Below, in pieces: positions 9,401 to 18,029 of a stretch of 64,000 nucleotides of DNA. Under the pieces are notes generated by a model. It saw nothing but the letters and a program-made list of their open reading frames with translations, was not told the DNA's origin and did no database searches. Within the stretch, counting starts at the first letter, position 1; every line of letters starts with the position of its first letter. This stretch comes from Desulfobacterales bacterium (lineage in GTDB: Bacteria > Desulfobacterota > Desulfobacteria > Desulfobacterales > JADGBH01), in assembly GCA_015231595.1 (NCBI GenBank), contig JADGBH010000001.1, positions 78,900-142,899 of the forward strand. Reading direction: 5' to 3'. A program made the position numbers and the translations under genes.

Positions 9401-10785
9401 ACAGACAGTTTTATTGATGCTACTTCTCTACCTACATTAGTCACCTTAATTTCGCAAGTCCCTGCTGTTCCATTAGTAGTTGTCGCAGTTATTTTAGTTA
9501 TACTTTCAACATTCGGAGGAGTAAAATTTATTGTTGCTTTTCCATCAGTACACAAAACAGTTGACGATGATAAAGTACCTGATCCTTCGATAATTTTAAA
9601 TGTCAATGTTTCATTTGTACATGGATTACCCAATGAATCTGTTACAAGAGCATTAATTGTAACATTTGCTCCACCTAATGTAACCTGTTTTGAAGAAGGA
9701 GATAACACTACAGTTGATGCGCCACCAGGAATAAAATTAATTGGCTCATCTACTACATCTGTAACGCCTCCGGCAGTTGCCTGAACAGAAGCTACACCAA
9801 CATGAACTGTACTTACTAAAAATACAGTTGCAATTCCTTTTGAGGTATATGCAGTTTTTATCAACTGAATACCTTCCATATCTTCATCCAAATCACCAGC
9901 TGTAGTTGTAAAAGTAACTGGCGTTCCATCACCAACTGGTTTATCAAATTCATCATTTACATATGCATTTACCTGCACCTTTGATTTCCCATCAGCTATA
10001 ACAGAAACAGAAGAAGCTTCAACCCTAACTTTTCCAATTAAAGCTTGAATTAACATTACTTCAACTGTTGAAGTAATTCCATTAACAGACTTAGCTTTAA
10101 TAATATCTTTTCCTGAAATTGCCGAAACTGTGTATTCAACTGAAGCAATACCTATTGCAGTCAACTGTGCGGGAAGACTCAACTGACCTTTTCCAGAGAC
10201 TATTTCAAATGCAATATTTTCTCCGTCAGCCACAGCATTCCCATACTCATCCTTTACTTCAGCTCTGATTACAGCTTTGCTTGTTCCATCAGCCGTAAGA
10301 TTATTAGGAGATGCACTCAAAATAATCGATTTTATCGAACCTGGAACAAAAGCGACTGAAGTTATACTGTTTATACCGCTAACAGTCGCTGTAACATTAG
10401 CAGTTCCAACTAAAGTTGGGCTTGTTAAATAAGCAGTTGCTACACCATCTTTAGTTTTAGATGTATATGATGTTTGAACCCCATCTAAGCTAGCATCTAA
10501 ATCGCCAGCTGTAGTTACGAATACAACTTGAGTTCCATCTGAAGCATTATTACCGTCTGTGCATTTAACTGTAGCAGATAGTAAAGATTGAGATACTCCA
10601 TTTGCTACAATAGCTGCAGAACCAGATTCCAATGAAACTTGGGAAATAGGGCTTACAACGACAACTACAGGCTCCGGCGGAGTTCCTTCATTCAACTGCC
10701 CTTCCGCGCCACATCCAATAAAAGCGCAGGCTAAAAATAATGCTAAAGATACTTTATACAGCAATAATAATTTTTTATATTTCAT
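6439..10785 (-). CDS. Giant surface lipoprotein with about a dozen bacterial Ig-like (Big_1/invasin-type) repeats and a Cys-rich, Ca-binding-like C-terminal domain
   Basis: The leader MKYKKLLLLYKVSLALFLACAFIGC has a lipobox. There are repeated units of about 90-100 aa of the type ..ADGxSxxxxxAxVxDxxGNPVxDGTxVxFxTTxGxL... The C-terminus holds DKNKNGILDAGEDINGNGVLD and several Cys pairs. The start was moved from TTG 10800 to ATG 10785, which has GGAGGAG 6 nt upstream. Confidence 0.8.
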   Translation of the reverse strand: MKYKKLLLLYKVSLALFLACAFIGCGAEGQLNEGTPPEPVVVVVSPISQVSLESGSAAIVANGVSQSLLSATVKCTDGNNASDGTQVVFVTTAGDLDASLDGVQTSYTSKTKDGVATAYLTSPTLVGTANVTATVSGINSITSVAFVPGSIKSIILSASPNNLTADGTSKAVIRAEVKDEYGNAVADGENIAFEIVSGKGQLSLPAQLTAIGIASVEYTVSAISGKDIIKAKSVNGITSTVEVMLIQALIGKVRVEASSVSVIADGKSKVQVNAYVNDEFDKPVGDGTPVTFTTTAGDLDEDMEGIQLIKTAYTSKGIATVFLVSTVHVGVASVQATAGGVTDVVDEPINFIPGGASTVVLSPSSKQVTLGGANVTINALVTDSLGNPCTNETLTFKIIEGSGTLSSSTVLCTDGKATINFTPPNVESITKITATTTNGTAGTCEIKVTNVGREVASIKLSVAQSKIKADEKSSTTITVTMLDSSGKAVPKGTSASVTTSLGKFSNGSTIIAVATPDESGKVDVSLHAGKDPGVAQITVSSNGITNVASVVFECTRPVAASLTLTVSSAKIKSDGVSSTVITATIMDSAGVPVVAGTPINFSTTLGTFRNGYDSVYIGTPDDTGKITVSLIAGKIPGIAKITAVVDSITNMVSVEFEGGALTPDVIELKPADYILPADGLSTMEIIATAKTSNNQAVQGVQVSFKSSHGSIIAKNNGVTDANGQVIAVITSERLLVPKVEITAECQGAIGKVYIAFTGIELNLTANPSSLYSGGTSNITGVLKDAAGKVISNANVSLEVRKEDITDNKGRVIFNLINPLKDFKFKVESSDGTPITNGYLIYYKSINPDVIGESVPLDANGGAIFTDNVIGSVTLELAEDTAGTKPISNKILSYGSTTSTVTTDSLGQFTYSVSSNSGKLSVRASGNGATAKIFVYFTKYKLSLTANPEIIKVNTGSATITATLLEDGVAKSNESISFSTTLGTITESAVTDNNGSATATLKSGFQSGIAVVNAMVTVDGMTLTASVQVSFVGELAHKIVLSVNPSIVATKGVAEVKANVYDSTDQPVANQKVFFKIEKGAPGGGEYLENSAVTTDNFGVAIVKFIAGTLPTTLIERLTVVASVSSDFKDKFFVQITIAGPPANIGVGTNLEKVTADGAHLVMDVSAVVTDINGNPVVDGTPVYFSVSSIAFDEYRTIVADDVNRPAIKSWTVNASNQIIDEERNGAVGITSSTQPCEPDPLNPAICLNATTETENSCKQNDSFAILNPGEWRDKDNNLINVEVRVCGGIGGCWNRYYGSARGNVKPSNLGYTKGNPFFRKSKNDLGITWFTTDVNLDGVYPVTYGSDCMVIGMIQFTESEDKNKNGILDAGEDINGNGVLDPVNGAVIANKIETGNGIAKTQMSYLQTLGQNIKVRITAEAGGVKSFYDATLLCTKAMCEAGTCGQEY

Positions 10786-10849
10786 AAAAAGCTCCTCCAA
10801 TTTTTTAAACTTCCTCTCTTTTTCTCCCGTTTTTATTAAATTGCTCTAG

Positions 10850-13126
10850 TTACGATAAAGACTTCTGCTTTAGTTTTACAATTTTAGGTGTTAAAAATAT
10901 TAACAATTCTTCCTTTTCATTAGATTTTGTTTGAGATTTAAAAAGCCACCCAATAAAAGGAATTTTCGATAAATATGGCAAGCCTGCCTTGTTATTATCT
11001 TGCTTAGTTTTTAAAATTCCACCTATAACTATCGTATCTCCATTGTTTATAAGTAATTCTGTTTTAGCCTCTTTCGTAAGAAATGTAGGGAAATTACCAT
11101 AAGAAGGACCAATATCATTTTTACTTACGTCTAATGTCATCATAATTCTATCGTCGGGAGTTACTTTAGGTTTGACCTTTAATTTTAAATCAATGTTTTT
11201 TGTCAAAGATTTAGGGTCGCCTCCACCATCAACATAATTTAATATCATTTCAACGCCCTGCTTAATTTCTGCTTCTTTATTATCTAATGTCATTATCTTT
11301 GGAGAAGATACTATACGTCCCTCACCTTCAGATTCCATCGCCATTAATTTTGCGTTTAATAAAAATGGAGTCCCAGCTATACGGGTAAAGTTAATACCTA
11401 AATTTGCGTTATCAGCAATAGGATAATTTAATGCCATATTATATCCATAGGTTCCACCTAAATTGTGAAAACCTCTCTCCGGGCCACTTCCAGCTCTTGC
11501 ATCATCTCCTTGAATGCCTCCAGCCGCTTCCCATGTAACCCCTAAGCCTTTTGAAAAATTTGTATTTGCTTCAACAATCCTTGCTTCAATTATAACTTGA
11601 GGAGTAACCTTATCTATTTCTTCGATTATGCGTTTAGCTTCTTTTACTTTCGCAACAGTATCAATCATAATAATCTGGCTCGTTCGTTCATCAACGCCTA
11701 CTGAACCCCTCTCTTTTGTTAAAATCTTTTCAATATGAGGCAAAACTTCTTTTTTAGCATCCGAGTAACTCACTGAAATAAATTCTGTAACTAAAGGCTC
11801 TAAAGCTTTTTCTTGTTCTTGAGCTTTTTTCATTGCATCTAAACTATCTATCTTTAATTTTTCTTCAGCTTTTAAAGTTTCCAAAGTTGCAATTCTAATA
11901 ACATCACCATCTTCAGATTTACCAAGCTGATTCATTTTCAAAACAAGTTCAAAAATTTGATCCCATGGAACTGGCTTATCAAAAGTAAGAGACACCTTGC
12001 CTGATACATTATTATCAATAGCAAAATTTTTACCGCTAACATCTTTCAAAATTCTAAAAACATTCTTTATATCAGTTTCATAAAAATCTAAGGCTATCTT
12101 TTGTCCTGTGTATTTTTGCTTTGGAGCATCGTATCTGTCAAGTTCTGAAGTTTTAGATATAGGCGTTAATTCAACATTAGTTGTATTAAGCTCTGTAGAA
12201 GAGGCCATTGATTTTTGTTCTGTATTTGAGTCCGACTTAGAAAAATTATCTGCTAAGCTTGGAGCTTTAAGCGATGCATTTGTGGAAGAACCTGGAGAAT
12301 CAAAATTTATAAGCAAAATATTACCCATCTGCTCAATTCGATAAGAAACTAATTCTTTCATATCAAATTCTATAATAGAATCGTCATCATTATCAGGAGC
12401 TTTCATTGGGTCTATTTTGTTTATTGCGGAATCAAACCTCCCTGTTTCCAATGTTTTCTGCCTATAACCTGGAATCTGAGTTTTAAATAATCTCAGTTGA
12501 ACTTTGTTTCCAGCAGCAGTGCGAATATCATATTTTACTGGAATTGTAGTACCAACTGTTATTAAAGACTTACCCGCTTGCTCACGAGTAAAATCAACTC
12601 TATTCACCCATGCACTTTTTATCATGTCTGGTTTAATTTCTTTAATTTCCGAAGATTTTTTTTCTTCAACTACCACTACATCTTTTGATTCGGATGTTTT
12701 ATCAATAGCAACTTTTAATGTATTTCCTTCGCGTATAACATCATAAGAAGCATTATGTGATAAAATAATCTCAATTTTTGTTTTATTCCCTTCTAACGAA
12801 GTTTTTATTCCTTTGATAACATCAGTTTTAGGATTTATTTCTCCTGTTTTTAGTGTTTTTGTATCAGGAAAATAAAAAATAATCCCCGGAGGAGATACCA
12901 TCTTAAATGAAGTATACCTCAATTCTCCTGTTCCAATAATGGATACAACCGCTTTTTCGCTATCAGCTATTTCCACAATATCACTTATTGATAGCTCTGC
13001 ATCCTTACTTATTTGTCGGGCATCAGGTGCTTTTTTTATTTTTGCACACCCCCCAATTAGTAAAATTGTTACTAAAACTAACCAAAATCGCCATAAAAAA
13101 TTTGATAAAAAAGTTTTTGAATTCAT
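10850..13126 (-). CDS. pilQ: Type IV pilus secretin
   Basis: N-terminal AMIN-like regions, a secretin N-domain (ALDFYETDIKNVFRILKDVSGKNF) and a secretin core ending GLPYLSKIPFIGWLFKS..EELLIFLTPKIV. The start was set to ATG 13126, one nt after the pilP stop. Confidence 0.92.
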   Translation of the reverse strand: MNSKTFLSNFLWRFWLVLVTILLIGGCAKIKKAPDARQISKDAELSISDIVEIADSEKAVVSIIGTGELRYTSFKMVSPPGIIFYFPDTKTLKTGEINPKTDVIKGIKTSLEGNKTKIEIILSHNASYDVIREGNTLKVAIDKTSESKDVVVVEEKKSSEIKEIKPDMIKSAWVNRVDFTREQAGKSLITVGTTIPVKYDIRTAAGNKVQLRLFKTQIPGYRQKTLETGRFDSAINKIDPMKAPDNDDDSIIEFDMKELVSYRIEQMGNILLINFDSPGSSTNASLKAPSLADNFSKSDSNTEQKSMASSTELNTTNVELTPISKTSELDRYDAPKQKYTGQKIALDFYETDIKNVFRILKDVSGKNFAIDNNVSGKVSLTFDKPVPWDQIFELVLKMNQLGKSEDGDVIRIATLETLKAEEKLKIDSLDAMKKAQEQEKALEPLVTEFISVSYSDAKKEVLPHIEKILTKERGSVGVDERTSQIIMIDTVAKVKEAKRIIEEIDKVTPQVIIEARIVEANTNFSKGLGVTWEAAGGIQGDDARAGSGPERGFHNLGGTYGYNMALNYPIADNANLGINFTRIAGTPFLLNAKLMAMESEGEGRIVSSPKIMTLDNKEAEIKQGVEMILNYVDGGGDPKSLTKNIDLKLKVKPKVTPDDRIMMTLDVSKNDIGPSYGNFPTFLTKEAKTELLINNGDTIVIGGILKTKQDNNKAGLPYLSKIPFIGWLFKSQTKSNEKEELLIFLTPKIVKLKQKSLS

Positions 13127-13127
13127 A

Positions 13128-13694
13128 CTATAATTCCCCAGCAGGTTTTTGAAGTTTAAGTTCCCTTTTGACATGGGTTAGCTCACCTGTTATTTCGTTT
13201 ATATCCTCTTCCTCGACTATAATACGATCGTCCTTTATTTCTACAACCTTACCACATTGGCTTCCAATTCTAGTATTCACGCCAATAATGAAACCTTTAC
13301 CATTGGCCTGTTCCACAAGAGCTTTATTTCCAGAAGGACCTGCAATAACTCCAGTCAATTTTAACTGAGATAAGCTAACTAATTCAAGAGGACCGCTTGG
13401 ATTACATTTTTCACGTTCTGGTAGCTTGTTAGGTCGATCAGGAGGTGGTTGGTGAATTGGCGTAGCAAATGGATCAATTCTTCCGGCAGGGTTATAGCGA
13501 TCAGAAAGATCGTTTACTCCTATTTCATCTTTTTGTGCAACCAAAAAGGTTTTATCAGAAAAAGTTTTTTCAGATACACTAATAGGATAAATTTTATCTT
13601 CTGCGCATAAACCTATTCTTGATTCCAATATTACTAATCCTAACACACCAATAATAGTACACAAAAAAATCTTTTTTTTAATTTCATTAATCAT
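13128..13694 (-). CDS. pilP: Type IV pilus assembly protein PilP
   Basis: Position between pilO and pilQ, an N-terminal anchor, and a C-terminal PilP-type beta domain (LKLTGVIAGPSGNKALVE..GKVVEIKDDRIIVEE). Confidence 0.8.
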   Translation of the reverse strand: MINEIKKKIFLCTIIGVLGLVILESRIGLCAEDKIYPISVSEKTFSDKTFLVAQKDEIGVNDLSDRYNPAGRIDPFATPIHQPPPDRPNKLPEREKCNPSGPLELVSLSQLKLTGVIAGPSGNKALVEQANGKGFIIGVNTRIGSQCGKVVEIKDDRIIVEEEDINEITGELTHVKRELKLQKPAGEL

Positions 13695-13716
13695 ATTTAG
13701 TTACTATTTTCCTTTC

Positions 13717-14337
13717 TTATCTTTTTTTCTTATCTTTTTTTTCAGGCATATTTTCAACAAATTTATATGTTACAGCAGTGCATTCCATAGTTAATTTATT
13801 ATCTGCCTTAGCCTGTTTATTATTATATACTTTAATATCATTTATGTTTACTATTCGGTTTAAACGTGAAACATTATCAAAAAAAATAGTGACATTATGA
13901 TAAGAACCACTAACCGCAATCGCTACTGGAATTTCTGCATAAAACTCCTTTGGAACTTCTGGTTTTGGGTTAAATAGGGAAAAATCTAAACCAGCATCTT
14001 GTCCAGAACGAGTAATGCCTGTTAATAATTCAGGAATATCCTGCTGGTCAGGAAGCTTACTTTTAGCCTCTTTAAATTGTAATTCTTTTGATGCCTTCTC
14101 TTCTCTAAGTCCTTGAAGTTTTGCTGCTTTTGCCGTAACTAAAGATAATTCCTGTTTCGATTTTTCATATTCCGATGTCAATCTCGTAATTTTTTCTGAA
14201 ATAGGAGCGTAGAATAAATAGAAAAAACCCACCACAATAGCCACCATCGTTATACAAAATATCGCGATCCGATTTCCTTTTGAAAGAGCTCCAACCTTCT
14301 CCACTATTTGCTCAAAATCTAAACTCCCTTGACTCAT
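13717..14337 (-). CDS. pilO: Type IV pilus assembly protein PilO
   Basis: Single TM, a coiled coil, then a ferredoxin-like C-terminal domain. Operon position between pilN and pilP. Confidence 0.75.
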   Translation of the reverse strand: MSQGSLDFEQIVEKVGALSKGNRIAIFCITMVAIVVGFFYLFYAPISEKITRLTSEYEKSKQELSLVTAKAAKLQGLREEKASKELQFKEAKSKLPDQQDIPELLTGITRSGQDAGLDFSLFNPKPEVPKEFYAEIPVAIAVSGSYHNVTIFFDNVSRLNRIVNINDIKVYNNKQAKADNKLTMECTAVTYKFVENMPEKKDKKKR

Positions 14338-14414
14338 AACTCTCCTCTATTGCTTAATTTTTCTATATTCACTTCCTGCAATCTATCAATTATGTTCCTT
14401 AAGTAATATTTAAT

Positions 14415-14960
14415 TTAATTAATTTTTACGCACGCTACCTTAAATTTTTTAATAGATTCAACCTCAGGAAGCTTTTCATTTACAAGACTCTTTAAATCTA
14501 CTCCAACAAATATCTTTGTTTGCTCAAGCCGTTTCATAAAATCTGCGACTGTTTTATTGTCCATTGCATATCCATCAATGGTTACATTTTTTCCTTTTAG
14601 TTCTAAATTAGTAAACCACATTCTTTTTGCAATTACAGTTTCAGTCATTAGAGCAAAAAGTTTTACGGGTTCTTTTCGATTTCTCTCTAATGTATCAATT
14701 ACTTCTAACTTTTTATTTAATGCTTTTAAAAATTCTTCAATTTCTCCAGCTTCCTTCGCTTCTCTTTTCTTTGCTTCTAACTGGACAGTAACATTTTGCT
14801 TCTTCATTTCAAGTTCAGATACTTGATTAGCCAAATAATAATAGACGCCACTCATTAAACAGCAAACTAAAATAATTGACAAAACGAATATAGATATTTG
14901 CCTTCTTATATTTTCTTTTTTTCGGGTTTGTCTAAAAGGTAAAAGATTAATTCTTATCAT
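14415..14960 (-). CDS. pilN: Type IV pilus assembly protein PilN
   Basis: Conserved N-terminus MIRINLLPFRQ (INLLP motif), then a TM and a coiled coil. The ATG at 14960 overlaps the pilM TGA (ATGA). The track start at 14996 was rejected. Confidence 0.8.
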   Translation of the reverse strand: MIRINLLPFRQTRKKENIRRQISIFVLSIILVCCLMSGVYYYLANQVSELEMKKQNVTVQLEAKKREAKEAGEIEEFLKALNKKLEVIDTLERNRKEPVKLFALMTETVIAKRMWFTNLELKGKNVTIDGYAMDNKTVADFMKRLEQTKIFVGVDLKSLVNEKLPEVESIKKFKVACVKIN

Positions 14961-16021
14961 TTGTCGTCCACTCTTCTTGTTGCTAAACCAAGACAAATTG
15001 CAGCTTGAGATGCCACTCTTCTTATGCCAGCACCATCTAAGCGCCCTTCATCTATTGCAATTTTTTGAAAAGGATTTATAAGCTTAACTTCTGTTCCTGT
15101 TTGATCTTTCAAAAGGTCTCTAAACTCTTTAATATTCCCTCCCCCGCCACTTAAAACAACTTCTTTTATTCTATGCTCTGGATAGCTCGAGTAATAAAAT
15201 TCTAATGCTCTCCTTATCTCAGTACACCAGTCTGAAACTACGTCCGTAACGATTTCCTTCACTCTATTTCCAACCAACTTACCTTTCTGCCTACCCAGCT
15301 TTATAGCTTCCGCTTCATCAAAAGAACACTTCGCTTCAGACATTATTCTTTCATCAATTTGAGAACAGCCTAATGGAACATCTCTCATAAATACAGAATT
15401 CTTATTCCAAAGAATATTTAGTGATGTTTTACTAGCTCCAATATCAATCAATGCAATATGTTCATTTTTACCGTCAACAGTATCATAATTATGCTCATAA
15501 ACATTTTGAAGCGCAAACGCATCAACATCAACTATCATTGGAGTTAATCCTGCTTTTTCAACTACTTTTATATAAGTGCTAACAATTTCTTTTTTTGCTG
15601 CAACCAAAAGAACTTTCATTTGTCCTTGAGCTTGTCCAGCCTCACTTACTATTTGGAAATCAAGATTAACGTCGCTCATGTCAAATGGAATATATTGTTC
15701 CGCTTCTATATGAATAGTATTATGGAGTTGTTCTTCTGTCATTGTCTGAACGGTAATAGTTTTAACAATAACTGAATAACCACCAATTGCGACAGCAACA
15801 TTGGATATCTTTATCCCTGTGTTTTTAAATAACTGCCGAATACTATTTGCAACAACTTCTACATTTTTTATTCCGCTTTCGTCAATCGCTCCATGTGGTA
15901 CATCAAGCGTTCCAAATTTCTTTAGGATAAATCCTTTCGAAGTTTCTGAAGCTTCTGCTACTTTTATTATCCTTGAGCCAATATCTAATCCCGCTATTTG
16001 ATTTTTTTTACCAAGAATCAT
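14957..16021 (-). CDS. pilM: Type IV pilus assembly ATPase-fold protein PilM
   Basis: Actin/FtsA-like fold motifs (GLDIGSRIIKV, LIDIGASKTSL, VVLSGGGGNI). First gene of the pilMNOPQ order. Confidence 0.9.
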   Translation of the reverse strand: MILGKKNQIAGLDIGSRIIKVAEASETSKGFILKKFGTLDVPHGAIDESGIKNVEVVANSIRQLFKNTGIKISNVAVAIGGYSVIVKTITVQTMTEEQLHNTIHIEAEQYIPFDMSDVNLDFQIVSEAGQAQGQMKVLLVAAKKEIVSTYIKVVEKAGLTPMIVDVDAFALQNVYEHNYDTVDGKNEHIALIDIGASKTSLNILWNKNSVFMRDVPLGCSQIDERIMSEAKCSFDEAEAIKLGRQKGKLVGNRVKEIVTDVVSDWCTEIRRALEFYYSSYPEHRIKEVVLSGGGGNIKEFRDLLKDQTGTEVKLINPFQKIAIDEGRLDGAGIRRVASQAAICLGLATRRVDDK

Positions 16022-16368
16022 TTTTCGTTACTTTTTTTATTTATTAATTGTTATTAGTTTATTTTTGCGCAATTAATACATCAAAAATTCGTTAAGTCAA
16101 GAAAAAATATATTAAACACTGTAAATTAATGATGTTCAACTATAAATATATAAGCTGCAACGCCACAAAACGTCTAAGATATATGGGTTATTACTTATTC
16201 TGAAAAAACTACTGAATTCCATAAAAAACTTTATTCAACAGAAATAAATATGCGCATTTTATTTTTTTTAGTGTAATAGAAAATAAATTATAACATCTTT
16301 ATATCTATTCATAAAACTATTTTATTAAGCTAATTAAGTTTTCTTACGCTCTAAGTAATTTCTTTATC

Positions 16369-16397
16369 TTGACATACTTATTTATCTCACCTATATA
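16369..16397 (+). promoter_or_regulatory. Candidate sigma70 promoter for the mla operon
   Basis: TTGACA (16369-16374), a 17-nt spacer, then TATATA (16392-16397). It lies about 75 nt upstream of the mlaE ATG. Confidence 0.35.
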
Positions 16398-16470
16398 AAA
16401 AGTTTACTTTTGTTGTCAATATTTATTTTTATATTCAAAAACTTTGTAATCATTATATATACGCAATTAT

Positions 16471-17259
16471 ATGTTTTTTGTAAAAATTAATAGATTTGCT
16501 GAAAAAATAGGAAGCTCCTTAATAAGTTTTCTTGAAGAAGCAGGGAAAATTTTGCTTCTTTTAGTTTCGTCTATTATGTGGCTTTTTCGCCGTCCTTTTC
16601 GAATTAAAGTTATTTTAAAACAAATGGAGTTTGTAGGAGTAAATTCAATTTCAATAGTTTTGATTACAGGTGCATTTTCTGGAATGGTATTTGCTCTTCA
16701 AACATTTTATGGATTTAGGATGTTTGGGGGAGAAAGTTTAGTTGGAGCTATAGTTGCTTTAGCGCTAACAAGGGAAATTGGACCTGTATTTACGGCTCTA
16801 ATGGTTACTGGAAGAGCTGGCTCTGCAATGGCCGCCGAAATAGGAACCATGCGAGTTACTGAACAAATCGATGCATTATATACTATGTCTGTTAATCCAA
16901 TTCAATATTTAGTAACACCTCGAATCCTTGCTGGAATTATCATGCTTCCTTTACTTACGATAATAGCAGATTTTTTAGGCGTTATAGGTGGATATATAGT
17001 TGGAGTTAAGCTTATGGGGATAAATCATGGTATTTTTATGGCAAAAATTTATGCACTTGTAAATCCAAGCGATATTTATGAAGGGTTAATAAAATCTGCC
17101 TGTTTTGGTCTATTATTATCTCTAATAGGATGTTATAAAGGATTTTATACAAAAGGTGGAGCAGAAGGAGTGGGAAAAGCTACTACTGAAGCAGTTGTCC
17201 TTGCATCAGTTTGCATTTTAGTCAGCGATTATATCCTTACGGCAATAATGTTAAAATGA
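16471..17259 (+). CDS. mlaE: Phospholipid/retrograde lipid ABC transporter permease (MlaE family)
   Basis: MlaE signature region LTREIGPVFTALMVTGRAGSAMAAEIGTMRVTEQIDAL. Confidence 0.9.
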   Translation: MFFVKINRFAEKIGSSLISFLEEAGKILLLLVSSIMWLFRRPFRIKVILKQMEFVGVNSISIVLITGAFSGMVFALQTFYGFRMFGGESLVGAIVALALTREIGPVFTALMVTGRAGSAMAAEIGTMRVTEQIDALYTMSVNPIQYLVTPRILAGIIMLPLLTIIADFLGVIGGYIVGVKLMGINHGIFMAKIYALVNPSDIYEGLIKSACFGLLLSLIGCYKGFYTKGGAEGVGKATTEAVVLASVCILVSDYILTAIMLK

Positions 17260-17984
17260 TAAAGCTAAATAAAATAACAAAATTTTTTGGAAATCAAAAA
17301 GTTCTAAATGAGCTTGATCTAGAAATTGAGTCCAACAAAGTAACTGTAATTATAGGTCAAAGCGGAGGAGGAAAAAGTGTTCTCCTTAAACATATAATAG
17401 GACTAGTCAAGCCCGACTCAGGGGAAATTTTCATTGATAATGTTGATATAACTAAACTAAATGAAAAGAATCTTAATGAAGTAAGAAAAAAATTTGGAAT
17501 GCTATTTCAAGATGCTGCTCTTTTCGATTCCATGACAGTTGGTGAAAATATCGCTTTTCCACTTACGGAACACACAAAATTATCAAAAAATGAAATAGAA
17601 GATATTATAAACCAAAAGTTAGTTCAGGTAGGACTCACGAATGTAAGTCATAAGATGCCATCTCAACTTTCAGGCGGGATGCGTAAAAGAGTCGGTTTAG
17701 CGAGAGCTCTAGCTTTAGAACCCGAAATAATATTATTTGATGAACCCACTACTGGTCTTGACCCATTGATGTGCAATGCTATTGATAACTTAATTGTTCA
17801 GACTCAACGTTTAACTGGAGCTACTTGTATAGTAATTAGCCATGATATTCCTTCAACTTTTAGAATGGCTCATAAAATAGCCATGTTATACAAAGGAAAA
17901 ATTATTGAATATGGAAATCCTGAAGAAATAAGAAGAGCAGAAAATTCAATAATTAAAGAATTTATACTAGCGTCTTCAGCTTGA
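17256..17984 (+). CDS. mlaF: ABC transporter ATP-binding protein (MlaF family)
   Basis: Walker A GQSGGGKS, signature LSGGMRKR, Walker B ILFDEPTTGLD. The ATG at 17256 overlaps the mlaE stop (ATGA). The track start at 17211 was rejected. Confidence 0.9.
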   Translation: MIKLNKITKFFGNQKVLNELDLEIESNKVTVIIGQSGGGKSVLLKHIIGLVKPDSGEIFIDNVDITKLNEKNLNEVRKKFGMLFQDAALFDSMTVGENIAFPLTEHTKLSKNEIEDIINQKLVQVGLTNVSHKMPSQLSGGMRKRVGLARALALEPEIILFDEPTTGLDPLMCNAIDNLIVQTQRLTGATCIVISHDIPSTFRMAHKIAMLYKGKIIEYGNPEEIRRAENSIIKEFILASSA

Positions 17985-18029
17985 ATTAATAATTCTATTA
18001 TTTACAATTAGTTTAAAAAAAAGGTATTT

